From a virus (taxonomy: Duplodnaviria; Caudoviricetes), in the IMG/VR virus record IMGVR_UViG_3300026737_000012, positions 1-47,160 of that record: a stretch of 47,160 bases of DNA; one strand, given 5' to 3'. Below are positions 24,958 through 33,997 of this stretch, piece after piece. The notes below the pieces were generated by a model. That model ran no database searches, was not told the DNA's origin, and saw only the letters and a list, made by a program, of their open reading frames with translations. Made by a program: the position numbers and the translations under genes. How positions within the stretch are numbered: position 1 is the first letter of the stretch; every line of letters begins with the position of its first letter.

Positions 24958-25911
24958 TTAACCTGCATTCTTCATAGCAGCACCAATAATTCCTAATAGC
25001 TGCTGCCCTTCCTTCTTCTTAATCCTACCAGCTCTCATAAATCTCTTAGTTCTATTCAAAACCGCCTGCAGTTGTTCTGGACTTCTACGGCCATCTAATA
25101 ACCATTCATCATAACCAGTGGCCGGGCCAGTAAGTTCAGTATTGATATAAGGACTATAAGCACATCTGCAAAAAGGATGCCTTGGCAAAAGTATAATTTC
25201 ATCAATTGTCATTACTTTATTGTGGTCAGCTGAACAAACCGGGCAGGTAACTGCATCTAATGTTGCAAGGTATCTTACCTTTTCTATCCCACCCTGCTGA
25301 TAGACATCAAGATTAGCCTGGTTAAAAATAGCATTCATCCAGCTACGTGTTGTAGCATCAACTCTGTTTTTACCCATCTGGTCGCTTATTCCATATAATC
25401 TGCGACTGGTCTTATTAGGATTTTCACCAAATGCAATAGACTCAAAGGCTTCTTGCTCTATTCTAAAGGCTAAATCAGTGCTGTACTTGCTAATATATTC
25501 AGTCATTGTCTTACCTTTGATTTGAACATTATCGACAACTTCTGACTTAATAGCCTGAGTTGGAAGTGTATCAAACTGATCGCTTATCTCTAATGTCGGT
25601 ACATCTTTAAGCAGGTCCTGGGTAAAGAGAGCTTCTTTTTTGTACATAGCAGCAAGATCATCTCTATAATCACCAATAAAACTTTTTTTATACTGTTTAA
25701 CCTGATTTCTGATCTGTTTTCTTAACTTTTCTTTCCGGTTATACTTAGCCATCTCAGCATTGGACCACTGGCCTTTTTCATTAGCTTTCTTAAAGATTTT
25801 CATTATATCATTATCAATACTTTCAATTGTTTTCTCTAACTGCCTGATATACTTATCTGCATATTCTTCTTCATCTAGTCTGTTTTCAATCTTGTGAATG
25901 AGCATCATCAC
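24958..25911 (-). CDS. Minor head morphogenesis protein (SPP1 gp7/Mu gpF-like)
   Basis: YLATLD..TCPVC...P.HPFCRC. Confidence 0.9.
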   Translation of the reverse strand: MMMLIHKIENRLDEEEYADKYIRQLEKTIESIDNDIMKIFKKANEKGQWSNAEMAKYNRKEKLRKQIRNQVKQYKKSFIGDYRDDLAAMYKKEALFTQDLLKDVPTLEISDQFDTLPTQAIKSEVVDNVQIKGKTMTEYISKYSTDLAFRIEQEAFESIAFGENPNKTSRRLYGISDQMGKNRVDATTRSWMNAIFNQANLDVYQQGGIEKVRYLATLDAVTCPVCSADHNKVMTIDEIILLPRHPFCRCAYSPYINTELTGPATGYDEWLLDGRRSPEQLQAVLNRTKRFMRAGRIKKKEGQQLLGIIGAAMKNAG

Positions 25912-27211
25912 TCAACTCACGATCTATCTCTTCCCTGGTCTCATTTCTCTCTGCTTTAATCCTTTTATTCTCTTTTTTAGGGTTAGTTATTAGATCAGGG
26001 AATTGCTCCATTCCAGTTTCTCTTGAGATGAAGCCGATTTCTCTTAAGCCTTTTACTAAATCTAATAGCTGCTTAACTGAGTCTGGGAGTATTCCGCCAA
26101 AACCAATGCCATGTTGCACTGGTGATTTGCCAAGCATTAAAAGAGCTTTATTATCTATATCAACGATACCTGTCTCTAAATCACCTCTTAAGCTGCCAAC
26201 CTTAGCTTCTATCTCAATTGATTTAATTTTTAAGGCATCACCTGAAGGATCTCCATTGCTTAGAAGAGTAGAAAGCACATACTCTGGATAATCATTTGAT
26301 ATGTTCTTTTTTATATCTTCCTGCTTCTTAAGCATTAATTCAGCTACATTACCTGACATTTCTAAGTACTGCATTTGAGCATCAGGGTTATTTAGGTGCC
26401 AAACACTTTGCTCCTTAAAACGCCCTTCTTTATGCTTTTCTTTTCCTTCTTCTGACATTTCACCCTTTAGGTTATCCCAGATTAATGGATCACCATGAAG
26501 ATAGAATACATTTTCAAGGTAAGCCTCAAGCAAATTATAATAATCGGTCTTATTGAAAAGAGGCCCCATGTCATAGTCAGTTGAAAATTCTACAACTGGT
26601 ATAAAATCAAATGCTAGAGGTGTTTCGGACTCTTTGCCATCTACTGTTTCAACAATAGCTTTATAGCCACCAGTTTCATTTCTGACATTATAATACTCTT
26701 TTGTAACATCAACAGTATTAAATGACTTCTCTTCCATATCAAACTGCTTTGTAGTACCCTCAATCTTACAATAAACCATTTCTCCGCCCATATACTCAGT
26801 TTCAACTAAGTCTGGATCATGAATAACAAAAATAATTTCATCATCTCTTTTATTGAGTTCAACAACAGCTTCTTTAGAAAGTATTAACCAGAGGGCCAGC
26901 ATATATTTTTGATTCTGGAAGTTATTATAATCCCAGATGTCATTAATCTTAGCTAATTTATTATCTATTGCATTATCTTCATTTTCTGATTCTGATTCAC
27001 TCTCTGTCTTTTTCTCATTAAGCTCTGGATTGATCTCCTGCTGCATAGTAAGAGCGTTCATGATAAAAGCTGTCTTTGGTACTGGGTTAAATATCTCCCT
27101 GGTATCATCAAAAAGTTTATATTCTTTTAAATAATCAGTATCATATATCTCATTTTCGTAAAAAGCCCAGGCTCTTTGAGCTTTAGTAAGTTTAGCCATA
27201 TTAAATATCAC
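25886..27211 (-). CDS. Portal protein (SPP1-like)
   Basis: FIPVVEF, SG.ALK, G.ISRET motifs; position after TerL. Confidence 0.85.
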   Translation of the reverse strand: MIFNMAKLTKAQRAWAFYENEIYDTDYLKEYKLFDDTREIFNPVPKTAFIMNALTMQQEINPELNEKKTESESESENEDNAIDNKLAKINDIWDYNNFQNQKYMLALWLILSKEAVVELNKRDDEIIFVIHDPDLVETEYMGGEMVYCKIEGTTKQFDMEEKSFNTVDVTKEYYNVRNETGGYKAIVETVDGKESETPLAFDFIPVVEFSTDYDMGPLFNKTDYYNLLEAYLENVFYLHGDPLIWDNLKGEMSEEGKEKHKEGRFKEQSVWHLNNPDAQMQYLEMSGNVAELMLKKQEDIKKNISNDYPEYVLSTLLSNGDPSGDALKIKSIEIEAKVGSLRGDLETGIVDIDNKALLMLGKSPVQHGIGFGGILPDSVKQLLDLVKGLREIGFISRETGMEQFPDLITNPKKENKRIKAERNETREEIDRELSDDAHSQD

Positions 27212-27232
27212 CTCAATTCCGGTTTAAAAAAG

Positions 27233-27463
27233 TTAATAATATTCAACCCCGAAAAATTCTTTGTAAGTATATTTTTTATCTTTTTCTTTAGCTAATATTA
27301 TGGGTTTATTTTCATCATCAAAATAATAGTCATATTTATCTTTATTTAGATTTTGCAACCTTACATCTGAATTTGATGGACTGTAGTTATTAAAAACTTG
27401 ATCTTCTAAACCCATTAGTATATCCTCCTTAGCGTCTCCAGTCTGTTTTTTCTTTTGTAACAA
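27233..27463 (-). CDS. Hypothetical protein (start uncertain, possibly 27415)
   Basis: AT-rich ORF between TerL and portal; GGAGG upstream of the internal ATG. Confidence 0.5.
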   Translation of the reverse strand: MLQKKKQTGDAKEDILMGLEDQVFNNYSPSNSDVRLQNLNKDKYDYYFDDENKPIILAKEKDKKYTYKEFFGVEYY

Positions 27464-29189
27464 TATTTCTGGTGATGTATTTCCGGCCCTGCCAGGCTAT
27501 TGCATTGGCAACAACCATATCTTTGCCGTTAACATCAACTTTGCCTTTCTCATCATAAATAACCTCTCTGCATTGCTCTATAAGTTCTTTATCATGAATA
27601 ATTAATTCATCTTTCCTTAAGGCTGTATCCAGTTCATCAAGCATTAAATACTTGCTGCTTTCAGTAGTGGTCCAGCCCATTTTCTTGCTCTCATCATCAT
27701 TTCTGTTTTCTATTCTGGTAGTAAAATGTATATTACTGTAATGCCTCTGATTAAATACTGTATTAAGCACTGACCAGCCGTGATTATTGTTCTCTATCAT
27801 CAAATAAGCATTATTAAATCTTAAAGCTAGATCAGTCAGTATGTTGCCGTATACATCCGGAGCGAAGTGACCATGGACCTTTGCTATCTGCTCCCAGTTT
27901 TTAGCATCATACATAATAGCTGAGGAAGCGTCTCCACCCTCAACACCTTCAGCAACATCAGCACCAATACAATACATTCTTTTAGGCTGTGGGTCATTCC
28001 AATATAAAATGGCCCCACCTTTTTCAGTTCTGATAGGTTTGTGCTTATCTCTATCTAATAGAACTACTAAATTATCAAGTTTATTTATATCAAAATAAGG
28101 CCTTCCAGTATGTAGGAACGCCTCTTTAGGATTGCAGGGATATTCCTGCTCTAATTTATCTTTCAGTTCTAATTTCTTATTAAAATAAAAGTACAGCTGC
28201 TGCCAGTCTAAATGCTTTGCTATCCTCAAATGATTTAACTTTGAGAAGAAGTCAGCATCAACACCCCTATATCCGTGTTGATTATCGACAGCATCTTTAA
28301 ATTCTTTCTCTATTTTTTCATTTTCAAACTTAATCCTATATTCAGGTGTTTCCCACCACTCAAAAAATAGTGGAATAAAGTTATTATTACCCTTTACCGC
28401 ATCATCCCAGTATTCTTTAAACTCATTGTAACCATTGGCAGTAGTTTCTAGGATAATAATGCTGTCTCTTGTAATAGCCTGCCCTAGACCAGAAAGAATG
28501 TCCTGAATGCTCTTCCAGAAGGCCGCCTCTGAACCGTGAAAGAAGTTTAAAGTCTTAGAACGGCCAATATCTTTATTACCGGCTGTTGCAACTCTCCACT
28601 TAGAATTAAGATGATCAAAGAGAAATTCTTTTCTGTTGTTATATTTTTCTCTGGGTTTTACTATCTCTGGCAGCTGATCATAAGGGAAACGTGCTTTATC
28701 CTGGAATATAGTATCTGTTGAATCATCTTCATGAGAAACTGTCATGCCTACAAAGTTATGTTTAGTTATTGTAGATGCCAGCTGATAGGCTGTTATTACA
28801 GAAGTAAATCCCTGCTGCCTGCCTTTGAGCACTAAAAATTTAATAAAATTTATTTTACCTGCTTTATAATCTGATATTGCTTTTTTGAGTTTCTTTAAAA
28901 ACTTCTGCTGCACTTTATTTAAGAAGAAAGGCACTGTTTTCTGCTCTTTATTTACAATAACAAAAAACATCTCAATCAAAAGAGATGGGTCAGTTTGTAT
29001 TTCCTCATGCAGTTTTTTAGCCTGAGGGCTAGGAATATCCTTATCTTTTTCCTCATCATGAGTTGATTCAATCAGTTTGCTTGCTACTGCTAATCTATAT
29101 TCTCTGTCTTTCTCAATACTTTTATTTTCTAACCAGAGATCATATCTTTTATCAATAATCTGCTGACAATTTAACATATCACCACCCAC
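27429..29189 (-). CDS. terL: Terminase large subunit
   Basis: LKGRQQGFTS (Walker A), HGSEAAFW (Walker B), ETTANG, QEYP, IGADVAEG...GD.S nuclease domain. Confidence 0.95.
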   Translation of the reverse strand: MGGDMLNCQQIIDKRYDLWLENKSIEKDREYRLAVASKLIESTHDEEKDKDIPSPQAKKLHEEIQTDPSLLIEMFFVIVNKEQKTVPFFLNKVQQKFLKKLKKAISDYKAGKINFIKFLVLKGRQQGFTSVITAYQLASTITKHNFVGMTVSHEDDSTDTIFQDKARFPYDQLPEIVKPREKYNNRKEFLFDHLNSKWRVATAGNKDIGRSKTLNFFHGSEAAFWKSIQDILSGLGQAITRDSIIILETTANGYNEFKEYWDDAVKGNNNFIPLFFEWWETPEYRIKFENEKIEKEFKDAVDNQHGYRGVDADFFSKLNHLRIAKHLDWQQLYFYFNKKLELKDKLEQEYPCNPKEAFLHTGRPYFDINKLDNLVVLLDRDKHKPIRTEKGGAILYWNDPQPKRMYCIGADVAEGVEGGDASSAIMYDAKNWEQIAKVHGHFAPDVYGNILTDLALRFNNAYLMIENNNHGWSVLNTVFNQRHYSNIHFTTRIENRNDDESKKMGWTTTESSKYLMLDELDTALRKDELIIHDKELIEQCREVIYDEKGKVDVNGKDMVVANAIAWQGRKYITRNIVTKEKTDWRR

Positions 29190-29192
29190 TAA

Positions 29193-29639
29193 CTAATCTT
29201 TAAAAAAGTCTTCAAGTTTTTTAGTTGTTTCAAGTTCAACCTGCCGCTTATCTCTCCAGTCATCAGGCTTTCTATTTTTGAGCCAGAATATTTGAGCTGT
29301 AGTATCTGGTTGAATGTGTTTTGTCTTAATTTCAGTAGTTACCATTTCATATTCGCCGGTTTTTTTATTATAAATAGATTCTTTCTTAGTCTCTTTAACG
29401 TCATAACCCAAAGCTCTTTTGAGTAAAGCGCTTTCTACTTTTCGATCAACAATTTCTTTGCCCTTTTTTAAGGCCTTCAGAAACTCCGGGTATTTTTTCT
29501 TATAATCATACAGAGTAGTTACCCCTATACCCATTTTCTCTGCTATTTGTTCATCAGTAAGGCCATCCCTAGCCCAACCTTTAATCACTTCCAGCTTTTC
29601 ATCCCAACTATCTCTTTTATAAATAGTTTGCCTAGGCAT
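29193..29639 (-). CDS. terS: Terminase small subunit
   Basis: GWARDGLTDEQIA HTH, VE.ALLKRALG, PDTTAQIFWLKNR. Confidence 0.9.
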   Translation of the reverse strand: MPRQTIYKRDSWDEKLEVIKGWARDGLTDEQIAEKMGIGVTTLYDYKKKYPEFLKALKKGKEIVDRKVESALLKRALGYDVKETKKESIYNKKTGEYEMVTTEIKTKHIQPDTTAQIFWLKNRKPDDWRDKRQVELETTKKLEDFFKD

Positions 29640-29655
29640 AACCTCACCTCATTCC

Positions 29656-30180
29656 TTATCTTTTTCTATTCGATAAAATGAAATTCTTTATTTCTATGTG
29701 TTCATCAGCGTGGCAACTATTACAAAGCGTTTCCCCATTATTTAAATTTATTCTTAATTCAGGGGCTACACTCCAAGGTATTATATGATGAGCTTCTAAG
29801 TTATCAGTTGAACCACATTTAATACACTTATGACCATCTCTTTTAAAAACTTCTTTTCTCCATTCTAAAACTTTTTTATCATCTCTATCCAGCATTGGAC
29901 TTAATATTTCTTTAGGTACCTTTTCTCTCCATCCAGGGGCATAATAATCAAGTATAAATCCACTTGTTATTTTCTGTATAATAGTTGATTTTTCACTAAA
30001 AATATTTGCCAAAGCTATAAGCCCTAATTTCTTATTAACTTTATCTGGATTAATTCTGATTTTCCCATACATTCCGATATGTTCTCCAATTTTTCTAAGA
30101 GCCTTTAGCTTTCTAAATGATTCTCTTTCCGCTTTATTTTTTAGTTTTTTAAATTCTTTTTCTCCCATTGCTGACAACAC
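29656..30180 (-). CDS. HNH endonuclease (terminase-adjacent)
   Basis: WR..VF.RD...C..CG....LEAHHI......NG.TLC..CH. Confidence 0.9.
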   Translation of the reverse strand: MLSAMGEKEFKKLKNKAERESFRKLKALRKIGEHIGMYGKIRINPDKVNKKLGLIALANIFSEKSTIIQKITSGFILDYYAPGWREKVPKEILSPMLDRDDKKVLEWRKEVFKRDGHKCIKCGSTDNLEAHHIIPWSVAPELRINLNNGETLCNSCHADEHIEIKNFILSNRKR

Positions 30181-30187
30181 CTCCTTT

Positions 30188-30391
30188 TTAAAGTTTATAA
30201 TGACTGCATTCTCTTTTAGTCTCAGAAAAATCTTCCAAACTCAAATGATTAAATTTTCTTCTATGTTCAGCAATACAATTAAAACATAAATCATGTTCTT
30301 CCATTTCTTCCGTAGCAATATCACTAAAATATTCATCACCACATCTTTTGCATTCAACATCACCAAAATTAACTTTCAGCATACTTTGCAT
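30188..30391 (-). CDS. Small CxxC/CxxC zinc-binding protein
   Basis: CKRC...CFNC. Confidence 0.6.
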   Translation of the reverse strand: MQSMLKVNFGDVECKRCGDEYFSDIATEEMEEHDLCFNCIAEHRRKFNHLSLEDFSETKRECSHYKL

Positions 30392-30461
30392 CTCCTATAT
30401 TACTCTTAAGTTAAATACTAACTATCCTGCCCCCCCTCTATAATCTCCCCCCCACCTTTCA

Positions 30462-30674
30462 TTAAATCACAGTGCCAAAAAGTTCCCATTCACTGTGAGC
30501 ATTTTCTCTGGTGTAGAGGTGGAAACATTCACCAACAATGAAATTTTCATCATTTTTTCTTAGATCAACTCTTTCAACTTTCAGCCAGCCCATTCTATAA
30601 CCATGAACATGCTGAGGGAAGTTCTTTCTCAAATATAATTCAATTCTATCCGGAGGTTCAAACACTTTTATCAT
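30462..30674 (-). CDS. Hypothetical protein
   Basis: ORF track; co-oriented. Confidence 0.5.
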   Translation of the reverse strand: MIKVFEPPDRIELYLRKNFPQHVHGYRMGWLKVERVDLRKNDENFIVGECFHLYTRENAHSEWELFGTVI

Positions 30675-30677
30675 CTC

Positions 30678-30773
30678 CTACATGTACATGCCCTGCATCA
30701 AAAATTTTATTAGATCATAGACTTTTTTACAGACTGCTACCGCTCCAATAATTGCTAATATGTTGATGATCAA
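30678..30773 (-). CDS. 31-aa membrane peptide
   Basis: Manual: TTG start, MIINILAIIGAVAVCKKVYDLIKFLMQGMYM; GAGGTG SD. Confidence 0.5.
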   Translation of the reverse strand: MIINILAIIGAVAVCKKVYDLIKFLMQGMYM

Positions 30774-31183
30774 CGTTATCACCTCAAATTTAAATGCTCA
30801 GATGCTTAGCCCTCATATTTTGTTAATTGCTTAAATCGGCAAATTAAACGGTGTATTTATTAGGCTAGGCATTTAGCCCAGCTGTTCAGTCATCTGTAGC
30901 AAATATTATAAGAGGCCAGATTATACGGAGAGTTTGTTGACTTCGGGAGTGCAACGCCTTATCTCACTGACCTCTTAAAAATTATCATAATAAACCGGCG
31001 GGCACACCGGGTAAATGTATATTATAATTGGGAGGTAACAACAGACGCCCACAACGATTTCTATATAATTATTAGTTTATGGCATAATTAAACCCCGGCT
31101 AGTAGGAAACCGGGGGAAAGGAGGATACTCGAAAGTCTGGCAGCTCTCGAGTTATTCCAGTATGAAAAAAACAAGTAGTAAAC

Positions 31184-31292
31184 TGGCCTGAGTTGGGAAT
31201 TGAACCCAAAGCTTAATGAGGATACCTGTTATCAGCAGCGCTCCATGCACCCTAGAAATACATTTTGTTCATTAAGTTATCCAATCTCAGAC
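31184..31292 (-). ncRNA. tRNA-like element (acceptor stem plus T arm, no D stem or normal anticodon arm)
   Basis: GTCTGAG/CTCAGGC 7 bp; TTGGG-TTCAATT-CCCAA; CTTAATGA/TCATTAAG 8 bp. Confidence 0.55.
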
Positions 31293-31297
31293 AAATA

Positions 31298-31327
31298 ATA
31301 AAAGCCCCGGCGGTGCAACCGAGGCTG
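31298..31327 (-). terminator. Terminator-like hairpin at the start of the late leader
   Basis: AGCCTCGG-8nt-CCGGGGCT followed by TTTATT. Confidence 0.65.
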
Positions 31328-31422
31328 TATGAAAAGAAAGTTATATAGGTAGTGGATTTATCTTCCTATATCCACAATATAAGAATATCACATCATTACA
31401 AGGTTTGTTACTTGAAAGCTTA

Positions 31423-31941
31423 TCAATTAGTGCTCAATGTCTGCTCAATTTCACAAATTCCGGTATTTTCTAGCTTTTCAAGCACATCTAGCTTCATTCT
31501 TTGGATAGTTGGAACGGAATATTCTTTCCCATTATAATCTTCAAGCAGGCTTTCATCATTTTTGCATAATCTCTTAATTATCCTATGTTCATAATCTCGC
31601 ATTCTAAAGACAGTTTCTAAGTCAGTTAAATCTTCAAAATATTTATATTCCACAAGGTTTTTTTGCCTTTCTGTTAAGCATTCTAATGAGCTATCAATTC
31701 TTTCTTTAGCTAATTCCAATTCAATTAAATCCGGGTACTTATCCAGCTTATCCTCGATAAAATCTTCAACATCAGAATAAAAAGCATTTGTTTTCCCAGA
31801 TCCAACATTTGAATAACTAACACCTTTAGCTGCATAATCTTCCTGATGTAATATCTGATTTCTTTTATTCTTTATCTGTGATTTAAGAGTAGGATAGTTT
31901 CTTAGCTGCTCCTCTATCCATTCTTTTACTTCTTGATCCAT
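31423..31941 (-). CDS. ArpU/RinA-like late transcriptional activator
   Basis: IE..LRNY..L, I..SL..L.E....L+EYKYF; last early gene before the packaging module. Confidence 0.75.
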   Translation of the reverse strand: MDQEVKEWIEEQLRNYPTLKSQIKNKRNQILHQEDYAAKGVSYSNVGSGKTNAFYSDVEDFIEDKLDKYPDLIELELAKERIDSSLECLTERQKNLVEYKYFEDLTDLETVFRMRDYEHRIIKRLCKNDESLLEDYNGKEYSVPTIQRMKLDVLEKLENTGICEIEQTLSTN

Positions 31942-32120
31942 CAGAGTTTCACTCCCCTCGGTTTTTCCATCATCTCCCTGTAATAATTAAAAACTGAGTC
32001 ATCTTCTGCAAATTCAACTGGCTCAACTCTTTCGGTCTTTCTCAGACTCAAATCAAAGCAATCAATCAGAAAATTATATATTTGAGGCTGTGTTTTTTCT
32101 ATCTGCTCTCCCATTGTCAT
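31941..32120 (-). CDS. 59-aa hypothetical protein
   Basis: Manual: MTMGEQIEKTQPQIYNFLIDCFD...; TGATG coupling to the activator gene. Confidence 0.6.
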   Translation of the reverse strand: MTMGEQIEKTQPQIYNFLIDCFDLSLRKTERVEPVEFAEDDSVFNYYREMMEKPRGVKL

Positions 32121-32135
32121 CCTGATCAGCTCCAG

Positions 32136-32381
32136 TTATCTTTTTATGATGTCGTACCAATTACCTTCAGGCTTTAATTCTTTCCCCATCCATTCTGAAT
32201 CAATTTCACTTATTTCATGGCTTCTCTTATCAATTGATAGCCTCACATTTAAATCATTGTGTATCTCTCTGTCTTCCAGTAATAAATTATTTCTTGTAGA
32301 AGGACTGCAAGCTATTAATCTCCCTGTTATAAAATAATCTCTATACCAATCTTTAGTGCAATATACTTTTAAATCAGACAT
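32136..32381 (-). CDS. Hypothetical protein
   Basis: ORF track; overlapping operon arrangement. Confidence 0.55.
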   Translation of the reverse strand: MSDLKVYCTKDWYRDYFITGRLIACSPSTRNNLLLEDREIHNDLNVRLSIDKRSHEISEIDSEWMGKELKPEGNWYDIIKR

Positions 32382-32769
32382 CTTTATCAGCTCCCTTAAT
32401 CATTTCAAGTAATCGTGGCCAACTACTTTTATTTTTATAATTCATGCAGCACAAATACCCACCGCCGTAATCCTTCAAATAAATTTCTTTAACATTCCCC
32501 TTTCCATCATGCTTAATCCTGATATGAGCTTTATTAGGATTGTTAATTATTCTGTTTTTCAATTCTTTATGATCATTGTGATTTTCAATCCAGTTCTTAA
32601 TTTCGGACTCATTAACTGCATCTAAAATATTAATTCTATAATCAGCAAACTTTTTTCTTTTAAAAATAGGTTCAGCTTTAATCTGATTAATGTTCAATTC
32701 TTTGCTTTTGAATAATGACATTTGAGACATTTTAAGCCTCCCTGAAATTAATATCCGGATACTTAGCAA
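32374..32769 (-). CDS. Hypothetical protein (likely start 32730, MSQMSLF)
   Basis: GGAGG SD before the internal ATG. Confidence 0.6.
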   Translation of the reverse strand: MLSIRILISGRLKMSQMSLFKSKELNINQIKAEPIFKRKKFADYRINILDAVNESEIKNWIENHNDHKELKNRIINNPNKAHIRIKHDGKGNVKEIYLKDYGGGYLCCMNYKNKSSWPRLLEMIKGADKDV

Positions 32770-33169
32770 GCAGTAGCTTCTTTTTTAGTTTGTAAACCTG
32801 GGTTTTATGGCCTTTAACATCCACTACCTCAACTGATCCGTCTGAATAAGTTATCTTAAAATCAGCTATATATTTTATTCCCCGGCCAGTTACCCGGTCC
32901 TTATCTTTCTCCAGGAGAACAAATTTAGGCTGCAACTCAAACTCTTCAACCTCTCCGGCTGCTTTTAGAAGTTTTAGATTTTCATAAAACCTTGCCTCTT
33001 TCTTGCTATCAAAATTTATTCCATCTACAAGTGGCTTTTTATTATTATATTTATTCTTCCTGGTTGATTTATTTTGCTCCTTTCTTTCCATTTTGATTAG
33101 TTCCCATTCTCCCTTGGGTATCCCCATCTTTTTGGCATCTTCTTCTGAATTTATAAACACTCTAGTCAT
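32732..33169 (-). CDS. DUF1064 family PD-(D/E)XK nuclease (resolvase-like)
   Basis: NKYNNKK..VDGI.FDSKKEA, ELQPKF.L, YIADF, VVDVKG. Confidence 0.9.
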   Translation of the reverse strand: MTRVFINSEEDAKKMGIPKGEWELIKMERKEQNKSTRKNKYNNKKPLVDGINFDSKKEARFYENLKLLKAAGEVEEFELQPKFVLLEKDKDRVTGRGIKYIADFKITYSDGSVEVVDVKGHKTQVYKLKKKLLLAKYPDINFREA

Positions 33170-33687
33170 TGCTCAAAAGGACACCTCTCTTCCATTTCTC
33201 CCGACTGCACTACTGGTATATCATATTTCATCAACAATTCTTTTAAATCACAGTTCTGCTTATCCTCTGGCTCTAAATCGCACCCTCTGCAGTTGCTATA
33301 GAGGGTAAAATTGATAATATCGTAAAGATCATCTGTTTCTATTGCAGTTATATCATCAGTCTTTCTCATTTTCTTCTTTTTCTTTCTGGCCTGATCAGTA
33401 TAATCAAGCGATAATTTAGTCTGACTGACCATTTCATCAATATTATTTTGCTGGTCCTTAGTAATTCCTTCCTGCAGCATTTCGGCCACTTTCCCGGTAT
33501 AGGTCCTTGCCATTTTGATGGTCCTCATAAACTTAGTTGACTTCTCAATTTTTTCATTTTCTTCATAATCGTCAATTTTGCTTTCATAAAAAGCTTTAAA
33601 ATGAGTCAATATCTCTGCGATTTTCTGGTCCTGTCTGCTTAAAAATTTAGGCATTGGCTGCACTCCCCTCGTTATTATCTCTAGCAA
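33166..33687 (-). CDS. Conserved Firmicute phage protein with C-terminal Cys cluster (likely start 33654)
   Basis: C..C.......C.L......DIP.......CPF. Confidence 0.65.
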   Translation of the reverse strand: MLEIITRGVQPMPKFLSRQDQKIAEILTHFKAFYESKIDDYEENEKIEKSTKFMRTIKMARTYTGKVAEMLQEGITKDQQNNIDEMVSQTKLSLDYTDQARKKKKKMRKTDDITAIETDDLYDIINFTLYSNCRGCDLEPEDKQNCDLKELLMKYDIPVVQSGEMEERCPFEQ

Positions 33688-33997
33688 AGTCCAGGAATCT
33701 CACATTATCCGCATTGACTTCAGGATTAATATAAGTCCTGTTATTGTTCTCTGACTTTCTAATTTGAAGGGAGCCGTCCACTCCAACGAGTCTCCCTTTT
33801 CCCAGGTGCCGGGCACAATTTTCAGCCAAACCTCTCCAGGTGACGATGTTTATGAAATCAACATCTCTGTCTCCGTCTCGGTTTGTATAATTTCTTTCAC
33901 AAGCTATTCGAAAATTACAAACTGGGGTTCCATTTTCTGTATAGCGGAGCGAAGGATCTTTAGTAAGTCTTCCAATTAAAACAATACGATTTAACAT
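33647..33997 (-). CDS. ssb: Single-stranded DNA-binding protein (short, no acidic tail)
   Basis: MLNRIVLIGRLTKDP.LRYT, DFINIVTWR.LAE, KGRLVGVDG.LQ. Confidence 0.95.
   Translation of the reverse strand: MLNRIVLIGRLTKDPSLRYTENGTPVCNFRIACERNYTNRDGDRDVDFINIVTWRGLAENCARHLGKGRLVGVDGSLQIRKSENNNRTYINPEVNADNVRFLDFARDNNEGSAANA

Noticed and set aside
31184-31292. Canonical tRNA gene or attachment site
   Set aside because: No D stem or 7-nt anticodon loop; no integrase or duplicated att core visible in the window
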